A DNA stretch of 64,000 nt, taken from NCBI RefSeq assembly GCF_016433145.1, contig NC_058133.1:490558373-490622372 (forward strand). Reading direction: 5' to 3'. Positions 12,218 through 24,860 of the stretch are shown here, one piece after another. The stretch's first letter is position 1. Each line of letters opens with the position of its first letter. The notes beneath the pieces were generated by a model. That model saw nothing but the letters and a program-made list of their open reading frames with translations, made no database searches and was not told the DNA's origin. The position numbers and the translations under genes were made by a program. Source of the DNA: Gracilinanus agilis (lineage: Eukaryota).

Positions 12218-13839
12218 AAAAAATTAAGCACTAAGTTTTTTTGTATGAGGGAAATTAACATCAGTGAGACTAATCCCAAATTAAAATGTTATTGTTATTT
12301 GAAAAGTCAATGCATAGCTTATTTTACATAAGGGATTGTTTTCTCCCTAGGTTCTTGACTAATGTGACAGCATATTTCTTGTGAACTATAGTTAGTCATC
12401 TGTTGAAATTGTCTCTATATCACTTACTGTTGCTAAGAGGCAACTGCTATCTTGCCTAGCTAAACATTCTTCGAAATTCTTCAGACTGTTATTCTAATGA
12501 AATATCCTGCCAAATGTTAAATTTGGCCTTCAGATATTGAATAACTTTGATAACAAACCAATCTTCGTAGTTTTTGGAAAGGTACATCTGATACATTAAT
12601 ATTTTATATAGAACAATTCTTGATTTCAAAACTGGGGAATCTTATGTGTGCTTCTATTCCTTTTATATAATAACTTGTGAAAGCATTTAGCTGGACTTTT
12701 AATCAATGACCACTATATTTTGAATGGTATTGGATGTGTCAGGACCACGGTTATTACAAAAATGTACTTGTATATAAGTGTGAACTTCTGATTTAATTTG
12801 TGTTAATTGTTGATTCTTGAAAGGCTAGAGAGGTTCGGAGGGAAGTCAGATGAAGATGTGATATCTTATTATGGGAAAATGTTGTGTCTCCAGAGGCCAG
12901 GGCTATTGATGGCCTGACAAAGACTTTGCTTGACTCTGCATCTGATGCTCTTAGATTTCTGCATTCTTGCTAAGAGGCATTTATTTAGACTACCTAAACA
13001 TTGCTAAGAAATACTTTGGACCTTTTTTCCCCTTGTGCCTTCATGCTATGTAAGGAATCTGGGTCATTATAGTAGGACTTGAGAGATTAATAGAGAAGGA
13101 AAAAAGGAAAGAATGGCTACCTTCAGGGTACCCAATTTTAGTTTGAAAATTGATGATACATCTATGTAAATATGTGCAAATTATATTCAAATGCGTGGAT
13201 AGTCCTCTTAGCCATTTTATATATAGTCTAAAATTATGGCACTTGGGAAAATACTGCTAGAAATCAGGGCTCTAGGCATAGGAATCCTGAGAATTAGTAT
13301 CTGGCATCAGAAGATGTTAGAAGCAGGGAAGGGGAAAATAGGGAAGTCAGGGGACTTGAAGGAATATTAAGAATGGAGCAAGTGCTACAAGAGGATGGAT
13401 TTTATTTAATTCAAAATTGAAATGAGTGTCAGGAAGACTTAATAACTTTTTTCCTACAGAGGTATACTGTTGCTTGATATAAACTTGTTTTATGATAAGT
13501 AGTCATCAGTGTTTAACTCAGTGCCTGAAATTTCTTTTATAGTTTTTGAATGACAAAGCATTTCTCCAATGCTTACTCTATGTCAGACCATGGACTCAGT
13601 GCTAGGAATCCAAATACAAGAAAATAAGAGGAGGTGAAAGCTCTCTGGTTTGAGTCCAGGGAGGCCTGCGAGTAGAGCGTGAGGTTCCATAGAGAGAGGG
13701 AAGCCTGAAGCTTATTACCAGAACTCTGGCAGTGTGGTTTGGAAAAGACTCCTGGCAGAGCCCAGAAGGTTCAAATTCTACCTGCTTTTTTCTCTCATAA
13801 CTAAAAACAAATGGTTTGGTTTATTTTTAATGGTTCTCT

Positions 13840-15500
13840 TTTAACCAATATTTATCTAATATCTAACACGGGCCTAGCACTCTTCTAGGTGCTAGGGATG
13901 AAGATGAAACAGCCCCTGCCCTCGGAGCTGTTCTATTGGGGAAACATCACTTGTATAGACAGTGCAGTCGGCAGCATTTCTGCAACCATTTCTGGGGGAG
14001 AGCATTATTAGCCTTATGAGAGGACCAGAAAAGGCTTCGGGGGGGGGGGGGGGCTGGCTAGATTAGAGCTCTGAAGTGAGCATCAAGGCAGGGGAGGGAA
14101 GGAGACATTGTAGGCCCAGAGGATGTACAGTCTGCTCAAGGGGGGAGGTGAAGAGTGGAGTGTCATGTCCAAGGAATGGTAAAGAGGCCGGTTTCTTTAT
14201 ACTGTGACAGAGAGTGTGCTGGGGAGTAATGTGCAGCTTGGATGGCTGAGGCTACAGCTAGGCTGAAAGGCTTTGGGGGGCCAGTGGGGCCTCTTGGGCA
14301 GGGATGTCACAGGCTTAAACCTGTGCTTCAAGAACATCATTGTTTTTAAATCCTTTACTTCTGCCTTAGAATGAATACTAAGGCTCAGTTCAAAGGCAGA
14401 AGAGTGGTCTGGACTAGGCAGTGGGGATCAAGTGACTTGCCTGGGGTCACACAGCCAGGAGAATATCATTTTGACAGTTGTGTGGAGGGTGGCTTGGAGG
14501 GGGGAGACCAATTTAGGAAGAGTAGTCCAGGAGGGACATGATGAGGGCCTGAACTGAATGGCAGCCATGTGAGGCAAGGGGATGAATGTGATTGGATGGG
14601 AAGAAGCTGAGCTTTGGGGCACAAATATAGTGGATGGAAAAAAAGAAATACAGAAATGAGGAGGTGAGAATTTCAGGGGGAAAGGTCATGAATTTTGTTT
14701 TGGAGACAAGTGTGGGACGTCTAGGTGGTGCAGTGGGTAGAGTGTTGGGCCTGGAGTCAGGAAGACCTGAGTTCAAATCTGACCTTAGATTCTTATTAGC
14801 TGGGTGACTCTGGGCAAGTCATTTAACTGTTTGACTTGGTTTTGTCATCTGTCAAACAAGCTAGAGAAGGAAATGGCACAAACCACTCCAGTATCTTTGC
14901 CAAGAAAACCCCATACAAGGTCACAAAGTCAGAAATGATTGAATGACAACAGCAACAACAGATGATGTTTAGTTGGAGATGTTGAATAGAATTGATGTAT
15001 AGAGCAGGGGTTCAGGAGACCTCAGAGCTGTCTGCATTGAGGTGGTAGTTGAGTCCCTGGAAGCTTATGAGATCAGGGAGTTTAGAGAGACAGAAGAGAT
15101 TCTGGAAGGAACACTGGGGTTAGGAATGTAGGAAGGGAATGAGGGTCCTGCTGAGGAGGAGGATTAAGCAAATAAAAGGGCAGTGTGTGTGTTTGAATGA
15201 GAGAGAGAAAGACAGAGACAGAGACAGAGAGAGAGCCCGAGTGCTCAGTGGTGCATGCTCCAGAGACAGAAGCCCTTAGAAGAGCTGCCCAGTTGTGGAA
15301 TGAGGTCAAAGTTTAGATTCTTGGAGGTGAGAGCAGAGTAAACTGAGAAGCCAGAGGATGCTGTTATAACCAAGGGGTAGTGGGGCCAAGTGATATAATG
15401 ATTGATAAGGAAAGAAATTTAGGGAGAAAGACAGATCAGGAGGGAAATCTAGGGGAGAAAAGAGGAGTTTGGATCAAGAGCACAAGGAAGGGAAGCTGGG
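13840..15500 (-). mobile_element. L2 fragments interrupted by SINEs
   Basis: Reverse complement of L2 3' end (..cctagcactcttctaggtgctaggga) followed by purine-rich L2 body. Confidence 0.7.
14716..14960 (+). mobile_element. Mar1-type CORE-SINE
   Basis: tRNA head, CORE, tail gagaaggaaatggcacaaaccactccagtatctttgccaagaaaacccca, (caa)n end. Confidence 0.85.
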
Positions 15501-16157
15501 GGGGGGGGCGGTGGATAGAGTTAGGCTTGGAGACAGGAAATCTTGGGTCCAAATCTGGCCTCAAGTATTCCCAACTGTATAACCCTGGGCAAGTCACTTA
15601 ACCCCCATTGCCTAGCTCTTATCACTCTTCTGCCTTGGAACCAATACGTAGGATTGATTCTAAGATGAAAGGTAAGGGTCAAAGGGGAAAAAATTGCAAG
15701 GAAAGGAGGAATTTGCAAGAGAAGGGCTCCATTACCTTCTGGGATTGGTGCAGAGGGTGATTTGTGGCCTTGGGGAGAAGAGGGAGCTTGTGATAAATGG
15801 TCTCAGTTTCTTCTGGTCAAATATTTGGTGAGGCCCTCTGCTTAGAGGGAGTAGGCAGGCTGTAATAGAGATGGCCCAAAAGAAGAGAAGGTTTAGAAAT
15901 AGGGTGGGAATGATCAGGAGAGGATAATGCTGCAATGAGTAAATTACTTAACAAACTTGTAGTAGACCCCGTCTTCCTGGTTGTTGACTTCCTCCGTCTG
16001 GATTCAGCAGCCTGTGTGTAGGAGCAGAGAAGGGAGATGATGGGAATAATCCAAGGTTGGGCTATGGAAAGAAATGAGCAACAAACCATGAATATATAGC
16101 AAATTCAAAGGTATAGAACAGCATAAATGTATAACTTATTAGGTTAAGATATTGAAG

Positions 16158-16356
16158 GGAGATGTAGCAGCTAAGTGACACATTGGATAGAGAGCTAGAC
16201 TTAGGGTTAGGAGGTCCTGGGTTCAAATCTGACCTCTGACACTTTTTAGTTATGTGATCCTGGGCAAGTCACTTAACCTCAGTTGCCTAATCCTTACTGC
16301 TCTTCTGCCTTGGAACTAAAAGCAATTCTAAGACAGAAGGTAAGGGTTTAAATAAA
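16158..16356 (+). mobile_element. SINE1_Mdo-type SINE
   Basis: Head, CORE and ttctaagacagaaggtaagggttt tail. Confidence 0.85.
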
Positions 16357-16708
16357 ATGTGTTTGTGTGCATATACATACACACAAACATATTTTCATAT
16401 ATATATTTATATATATATGAAGAGAATGAAGCCCAAGTCTGGGTGGGTATAGTGACTAGAGATCTAAAATGAAAGAGGCTGAAGGATAGATGGGATGATA
16501 GGGAGTAATGGTCAAAGATTCAGAATTATGTGAATACTTGTGGGTGATAATGTGGTGAAGGCTATCACCATCCCAGTGAGTTCCTTCAGTGGAATGGAGG
16601 GGAAATCATGAGAATACGGGAGGCTATTTAGGGAATTATGTTAGCGTCTAAATGGATGACCCCTAGTATCAAGAAGAACCTTGGAGAGCAGTGAAGCCAT
16701 GAGACTTG

Positions 16709-17069
16709 ATTGAAGATTGAAAGATTGAAAATTATATCCACTACTATATTTTATAAGAATTTATTAATAATAACTTGAAGTCCAGGGAATAAAAAAAAGA
16801 ACAAGTAGATAACTTGACAGCGGTTGGAGGGGTGGGGAAGAGGAGGAGAGCATGGGAAGAAGAGAGATTAAAAGGCGGGATTCCAGCAAACTTAATTACA
16901 AAACATGAGGACATAACATGGGGGTGAAAGAAAAAGTAATTTGGGGAAGATAAAAAGAATTCTGGAAAAATAAAGGAATTCTGGGGAATGTAGTCCTGAG
17001 GTACACAATTCTATTTACACACAATCAAAGAGTGAGGTTTAACCTGGAAACCTTTATAGAACAGTCACA
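16709..17069 (-). mobile_element. Short solo LTR
   Basis: Ends ..cagtcaca; minus-strand ttattattaataaa polyA region resembles 53345-53599. Confidence 0.6.
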
Positions 17070-17097
17070 AATATCTGGCTGGAGGTAGGACCTAGGG

Positions 17098-18151
17098 CCA
17101 TGATGGTGAGCCTATGGCACATGTGCCAGAGATGGCACACCTAGACCTCTGTGGACACACATGTCAAGGACCCAGTGCTCCTGGCCCTGAAGCACAGAGT
17201 TCACCAGAGTTCCTAAGTAGAAAGCTGGAGGGAGGTGAAGCTGGCTGGACTGCTCTCCTCCTAGTCTCCCCAGAGGAGTTAGTAAGCAGGTCTCTTCAAG
17301 ACCACATCCCTTGCAGGACAAGATTGCCCCACCCCATTCAGAATACACTGGCCTCTTCATTACCTTTGGCCTGAGTGAGATAGAAACAACTTATGTCTTT
17401 ACTATACAAAGTATTTTGGGGGATTTTTGGATGTGTCTTTTGAGTTGATACTTTAGAAATTGTAGTCTAGTGATACAGGAATAAGTTTTATGAACCCAAG
17501 GCAGCTATTCTACAGCTCCCTTCCCCAGTTTCTTTCAAAAGCAAACTTGGTCTTAATTCGCATTCTTAGTCCCCACACTTCTTACTAGCTTCTTCAATTT
17601 GCATTCAAAGAGGTGCCTGCCTGAGGGAGACCAGGTGGGCTAGAAGCTCTGGAAAACAGAATAATGGCTTGTCAGAGGTAGCAATCTTCTAATCAGCCCT
17701 GCATCCAGATTACAACCTGACTTCAACCCTTGACTATTTGCTAAAAAGGTTAATTTGGAGGATACCTGCTTCAGGAAGGATGGAACTTGATGGGGTGAAT
17801 GTCATTTGACCTGAGTATTATATTTTCCTATAAATAAGGGGGTTTTCCTGCAAGCTGGGGCTTTTTTCCCCCCTGGGTTTAAGGGGATCATAGCTCACAA
17901 AACTAGAGGGGAGCAGAGTGCTTGTGCCCCTCTCTTCTCCCTCTCCCTAAGCCTGACTACATCACCTGCCCTCCTGCCCAGCAGTCCAATGGGAGTGCTT
18001 CCTCCTCCTGGATGGACTAAGGGGGGGGCAGGGCTCACTCAGCACTCAGTTGGGGGAGGGGCATAGAATGTGGTCTGGGTGGGCCCATGGGTAGGGCACT
18101 GGGTCTGGGGGCGGAGCCTGGCTCTCCATCTCTAAAAGGGTTCCATCTCTG
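17098..18151. mobile_element. OposCharlie1/hAT1-like element with nested LTR-like insert
   Basis: Perfect 8-bp TSD acctaggg (17090-17097 / 18152-18159); degenerate TIRs; interior motif shared with 21121-21455. Confidence 0.85.
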
Positions 18152-18859
18152 ACCTAGGGCCAGACTTTAATCTTGTCTGATGATCTGGGTTGGGATTGGG
18201 TGGATGAGTGGGTTTGGCCTCCAGTCAGCCACCAGGTCAGTTTTGCCTCAAGGCTCACTCCTAATGTTGAGCACATTTTAAAAGTAAGTTCTTTTTATTT
18301 TGTTTGGCAAATCTAATTGAAGTAGATGTTGCACTTAAGGAGATAATAGAAGTTTCAGTTTAACAGGTTTATCATGGCTAATTGGAGGTTTTTTTCCTGT
18401 ATTTCATTGAGAAGACAATAACTTCTAAAATGATATAAATGATTAAATCTAACAACAGAATTATTGTATGTTTTCTTGAGCATGTTTGTGTAATATTTGC
18501 AGTGTAAGCATTTACGTATTTTAGATTTTAGCTATATCGCTTGTTAAAAATAAAATTAGACCCTTTCTGACAGCCCAGCATGATAACCTTGAAATTTTTC
18601 AGTATCTTTCTCTTAAATTTTTTCTCATGAACTGGAAGAGAAAGCTAAGCTTTTCATCTTTTCCAGTTCCTGAGTGATTTCTCAACCGAGGATGAGTTAA
18701 TCCAAAGTAAGAAAATTTGTCTACATGTAGAAAAAGCGATAGCCATTAAAATTGGATTATTTATTTCATGATCTTTGAACACAGCGGGTTGTGATTTTCC
18801 CTGGAGTTCATTTGTGTTATTCAGTTCGACTGGACATAACAGTCATTATGTGAAAGGCA

Positions 18860-21110
18860 TTTGGAATGCAAAGATCAAAAACAACTTATTCCCTAGATTG
18901 CCACAAAGAGTTTGCAGTCTAATGAGAAGGATGGGACATGTGTACAAATAACTTCAATGTCTCATCTGGATTAGGAAAATTTGGACCCCAGCGAGGGACA
19001 TTAATTTAAGAGGACGCATTCATTTGTTGAAGATTAAGGATGATCTAGCATTGCAGATGTGGTACTTAAGTGGGGCCTTGAAAGAGGTAAAAGATTGCAG
19101 CAAATGGTGATTAGGTCAGCTGTGGGAGCGCCTGCTTTCTTTCATCTTTAGAGCTTGCAAATTCACAGAAGTGGGAGACTCATTTCTCCAGAGCTTCCAT
19201 AATTAAGAGGAATCTAGTGAAAAGTTGGGAGACATTACTGAAGCTGAATTGTAGATGACCCTGAGTGCCTGGCTAGGGTGTGGCTCTTGGAGGCCTTTGA
19301 GCCAGGAAGTATCTTAAATTATTTTGGGAGTGCTGCTGCAAAAGGAAGGGTTAGTGAGGGAAGAGACTGGCAAAAAGAGCCTGGCTAAGAATCTTATTAG
19401 AAGGGCTAAATTAGAGTGGTGGCCGAGGGAATGGGAAGGACAGATGTGAGATGCTTTGGAGATAAGAACAGTAAGACTTAGCTTCTGATTCGTTTTCCAG
19501 GATTTCAAGTCCAAGTGACTGGGAGAACCATGGCACCAGACATTTAGGGAAGTTAGAAAGGACAAATTTTGGAAGAAGGGGGATGATTTCTGGTTGGTCA
19601 TGTTGTGATTGAGATAGAGATGTCCATCAGGCAGTTAGAAATGTGGAATGGAGATCAGAAAAAAGATTGGGGTTGGATGTATAGATTCGGGGAGTCATCT
19701 GTATAAAGGTGGTGATTGAACCTTGATAGGAAAGGATTAGATTGCCTTAGGAAGGCATGAAGAGAACTGAGCTCCTCAGAACAGCTCCTCGGGAATCACC
19801 ACAATGAGCAGGACAAAAGCAGACTGAGTAGGACTGTTCCAGACCCTCATCTCCTCATTCTGGACTATTGCAGTAGCTACAGATTGGGCTGCCTCCCTCA
19901 GGTTTCCCCATGCTTGCCTGAGCTCTGCTCAGCCATCAGTTATTTTCCCAAAGGGCAGGTCTGGCCAAATCACTCTCCTGACTTAGCCCCAGCACTTTAT
20001 TCACTGTGCTATCAGCTGCCTCCAGGTATATATTATTTCTGTAAGTTTACTTATGAGAAGAGCCAGGAAGGGATAGTCAAGGGGAAAGTTGAAGGTTTAG
20101 ACTGGCGAATAGGATCAGAGCATTCTCTAAGCCTGGAGAGGTGGAGGAGGAGGCCTAGAGGAGTTTTGAAATATGAAGGAAGAGAGATGGAGCTCATCAG
20201 ATGCACTCAGTCTCCTCTGTGAGAGGACATTTGGGGGCTTTAGAAGAGCAGAGGTTGGGGCAGCTCCTCTGGGGGATGTTGGGGAGGTGGTTAGGAAAGG
20301 TCTGGAGAGGTCAATTAGCAGTTGGTATGGTGGCTCTACGACTTTATATGGCAGCACTCCTAGTCATCTGGGCAGGCGGATCCAGAGTTGGGGGGCTTTG
20401 GAATGTGAAGGACCGAGTAATGTAAAAGTAGAGAATTGATTATTGACTACAGGGAAGGAGGGAAGGGTATATAAGCAAAAGGGAATTGGAAGTAGAGGAA
20501 AGACTAGATGCATAAGCTTGGGAGTGATTTATACTAAGAACTATCTTACTTTTCTTTAGGAGGGGACTGATATCCAAAACTGTAGGGGACTCATTTCCTC
20601 CCTTTTCCTGCCAGAATTCTAACAGTAGTTGGCCCCAGGAAGACCACAGGGAAAGCTAAGAAGAGCAGCCTTCTTCAGGTCACATTTAGCATTTAACTGT
20701 GTGCCAGGAATATTTTGCTAGGTGCTGGGAACTGTGTCTGTCCCCAACAAGCTTATGTTTTATTGAGGGAAACAAAATATACACAGATAAATTGATACAT
20801 TAGACATACAAAGTAAATTCAAGAGATGACTTCCCACCTCACCTCACCCTGCACCCGTCACCTCAATTCTTCCCCACCTAGCTTCCTTCAAAACTGCTCT
20901 CACCTCCAAATTAGAGGGCCTTCTCCCTTCCCTCCTACCATCATACTAAGTATTTGGGTTTGATCATGTATGTGTTCTTTCCTTGATGGAATATAGACTC
21001 CTTGAGGACAAGGACTGTTTCATTTTCATTCCTATCTCTAGTGCTTAGCACAATGCCTGGTTCATAGTAGCTGCTTAATAAGTGCTGGTTGGGTGGTTGA
21101 TTTATTAAGA
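18860..21110. mobile_element. L2 fragments in both orientations
   Basis: Purine-rich L2 antisense blocks; opposite-orientation pieces near 19830-20030 and 20820-21110 (ends gcacaatgcctgg..cttaataagtgct). Confidence 0.65.
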
Positions 21111-21120
21111 AGGATTAAGC

Positions 21121-21455
21121 CAGTGATGGTGAACCTAAGGCATGGGTGCCAAAGATGGCACACAAAGTGCTCTCTTGTGGGCACTTGGCTTCCCCCCCCC
21201 CACCTCCCCCAAGTCCCCCAAGTCCATTACTAGAAAGGCAGAGGAACTAGAGTGGAGCTGCTCCCCTCTCTCTCTACATTGCACCTGAAAACTTTTTTAC
21301 ATTACACACCCCTCTGCCCAGCAGCCCAGTGGGAGCTCTTCTCTCCCCTGTGTGGGGTGAGGGTGGGGCAGGGTGCACCTGGCACTCTGGTGGGGAGGGG
21401 CACATTAAGTGGGGGGGGGCATGGCACTCCATCTCTAAAAGGTTCACCATCACTA
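21121..21455. mobile_element. OposCharlie1/hAT1-like MITE, 335 bp
   Basis: 16-bp TIRs cagtgatggtgaacct / aggttcaccatcacta; TSD gattaagc/gattaagt. Confidence 0.92.
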
Positions 21456-21957
21456 GATTAAGTGATATGCAAACACCCTGTAGAACTTGATTGCATGAGA
21501 ACAGATTAGGATCTCTTAAGTCATTGTCAACTTTTTTGCTTCATTAATTAAGGGTTGACCCTTTTAATAAAAAATGCTGTAATAAAATCTCATTTATCCT
21601 ACTAATAGGCTTGTTGTGACATTTATTTATAAAATTACTGAAAAAAAATTACCTCATTTATAATTTGTACTAGTCATAGGTCATCCTGTTCTGTGATGAT
21701 ACATTTGAATCTTAATGTGTTCTTAGACTATATAAGCTTTTATTTTAAAAAATTTATTAACATAAAATCAGTTGTTGGAATTTAAACATTTCTTTTCCCC
21801 ACTCTAGATTGTGGTAACTGGTGCCAATCTAGAAAATGGAGAAATATAACTTAGAAATACAGTGTCAGCAAAATTCCAAACTAATGAAATCTCTGGAAGA
21901 TCAAAAATTGTTTTGTAGTTGGGGTACTAGTTAAAATGCCTACGTTAGTAATCATCA

Positions 21958-22675
21958 TGTATGGCTGGTAAAAAATGAAATAACTGAGGAAGCAAAGGTT
22001 TGATCTTCTGAGCATATCCATTTATTAAGCAGTGCATGCCAGTTGCCCAAGAAATCGAGAATAGGCCCCTTCTTCAGCTTTGGGTTGTACCCCAAATATT
22101 AGAAGACACAAACTTTTAGTCAAGGAAGACCAATTACTTGAAAGGAAACAATGCAACATTAGATGATCTGATTTCTAATTGGAGAAAATGTTAGGGTCTT
22201 TCCAGGTTGAGAGGGGAGAATCAAAAGGTACACTTCTCTGAATTCAGAAAAAAAAGGTGTCCCATTCCTCCCAAATATCTGTAAACAATCAAAGGGACAT
22301 GGAAACAATAACAGATTAATCAGTATATGGACCAGTTTTCAAATAAGACATGGGTTTCTTGAGATGTCCAATTAAGAGGAAATTCCTGGCATCAATCTTA
22401 GGATTTAACTGCATTTCTGGTCAACATAACCTAGATCTTTAGTTTGGGTCTCTAAAGAGAAGGTAGAGGAATTTCCAGGCACTCAGGGGTACTTTCAAAT
22501 AATGCAATATGGTTTTCTCCCAGCCTCCATAATTTATTAAAATTAGACTAGGCCCATAATTAAATAGAAAGGGAGAGTAGCTAACTTCAGAATTGAATCA
22601 CAAGATGGACTCAGTGTAGTTCACTTAAGGCCCACAATTAACCCTTGCTGTCCTAAACCCCTCAATTTACTCACA
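21958..22675 (-). mobile_element. Solo ERV LTR
   Basis: tgt...caca ends; minus-strand AATAAA at 22021-22026; no clear TSD. Confidence 0.6.
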
Positions 22676-22889
22676 TGATACCAGTCTATAGGAGTTAGTC
22701 TGAGGATGAGCTGAGCTCTACTTCTTTTGGGAAAATAAGTTTCCCTGAAGCCCCTGGGGAAAGTAAAAAACAAATGTCCTGGTTTATCTTCTCCTTTCCT
22801 CCAAGCTCTTGGTTCCTTTTTTTGTTTTCATTACTTGTGTGCAATGTGGATTGAGCTGTGGATCTATATATAATCAGGAAGATCTGAGG

Positions 22890-24860
22890 TCAACTACGGA
22901 CCATTTAAAATATTTGGGAGTCTACCTGCCAAGACAAAATCAGGAATTATATGAACACAATTACAAAATAACTACAGAAATAAAGACAGATCTAAACTAT
23001 TGGAGGAATATGAATTGTTCATGGATTGACTGGGCCAGTATAATAAAAATGACAATTCTACCTAAATTAATTTGCTTATTCAATGCCATACCAATCAAAC
23101 TACTAAAAAATTATTTTATAGAGCTAGAGTAAAAAAAAATCATCTGAAAGAATAAAAGATCAAGAATATCAAGGGAATTAGTGAAAAATATGGCACTACC
23201 AGATTTCAAATTATTATAAAGCAGTAACCATTCAAATAATCTGGCACTGGCTAAGCAATAAAGTGGTGGATCAGTGGAATAGACTGGGTACACAATGCAC
23301 TATAGTAAATGACCACACTAACTTAGTGTTTTTCAAATCCAGTGAGCTATGCTTTTGGGACAAGAATTCACTATTTGACAAAAATCCCTGGGAAAACTGG
23401 AAAGCAATTTGGTAGAAACTAGGTATAGATCAACATCTCACATGTATGCCTAGATAAGGTCAAAATGGGTATAAGATTTAGACATAAAGGGTGAAATATA
23501 AGCAAATTAGGGGGGCATGGAAATATTTACCTATCAGATCTATGGATAAGAGAAGAATTTATGATGAAACAAAAGATACAGAGGATCATGGGAAGTAAAA
23601 TATATAATTTTGATTATACTAAATTAAAAAGATTTTGCACAAAGAAAACTAATGCAGCCATGGTTAGAAGGAAACTGTGGAAAAATTTTTACCTCATTTC
23701 TCATATATATAGAGAATGGAGTCAAATTTATAAGAATGAGGCATTTTACAATTGACAGGAGCAGGTAGTTTTCAGAAGAAGAAATCAAAGCTACATATAG
23801 TCATAAGAAAAAGTACTCTAAATCACTGTTACAGAAATGCAAATTAAACTATTCTGAGGTACTAACTCACAGCTATCAGATTGATTAATGTATCAGAAAA
23901 GGAAAATGACAAATGTTGGAGGAGACATTAATGCACTCTTGGTAGAGAGCTATGAACTGATAAAACCATTCTGGAGAGTAATTTGGAATTGTAGCCCCAA
24001 ATGGCTATAAAATTGTGTATATTCTTTGATCTAGCAAAATCACTTCTAGGTCTGAATCCAAGAGATCAAAGAAAAAGGAAAAGGATCTCTATGTACAAAA
24101 ATATTTATAGCAGCTTTTTTTTATGATGGCAAAGAACTGGAAATTAAGGGGATACCCATCAATTGGGGAATTGCTAAACAAATTGTGGTATATGATTGTG
24201 ATGGAATACTACTGTACTATAAGAAATAACAAGGTGGGGTGGGGCAGCTAGGTAGTTCAGTTGATAGAGAACCAGGTCTAGAGATAGGAGGTCCCTAGGT
24301 TCAAATATGACCTCAGACACTTCCTAGCTGTGTGACTCTGGACAAATCACTTAACATCCCTTACTGCTCTTCTGCCTTGAAACCAGTACAGAATATTGAT
24401 TCTAGGACAAAAGATAAGGGTTTTAAAAGAAAGAATTGATGAGCAGTATGGTTTCAGAAAAACCTGGGAAGATCTACATGAAAGGATACAAAGTGAAGTG
24501 AGCAGAACCAGGAGAACATTGTAGAGTGATAGCAATGTTATATAATGATCAGCTGGGAATGACTTAGTCATTCTTGGCAATACAGTGATCCAAGACAATT
24601 CTGCAAGACTTATGAGGGAGAAAGAATTCCAGAGAAAAAACTGATGAGTCTGAATGCAGATTGAAACATGATTTTTAAGCTTTCTTTTTTCTTTTGTAAC
24701 ATAGCTAATATGGAAATATGTTCACAAGAATAACTGATAATCAGTCATATTTCTTGTTTTCACAATAGTAGGGAGAGAAGTGAGAGAGGAAGAAATTCAG
24801 AATTCAAAAAAATTTAAAAACAAATGCTAAATATAAATAAATAGTATTTTGGAAATTAAA
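22890..24860 (+). mobile_element. 5'-truncated L1 (ORF2 3' part and 3'UTR) with SINE at ~24241-24430
   Basis: KYLGVYLPRQ..IIKMTILPKLICLFNAIPIKL; frameshifts and stops. Confidence 0.92.

Noticed and set aside
22809-23755. Track ORFs with RT-like peptides as a functional retroelement or gene
   Set aside because: 5'-truncated L1 ORF2 with frameshifts and stops
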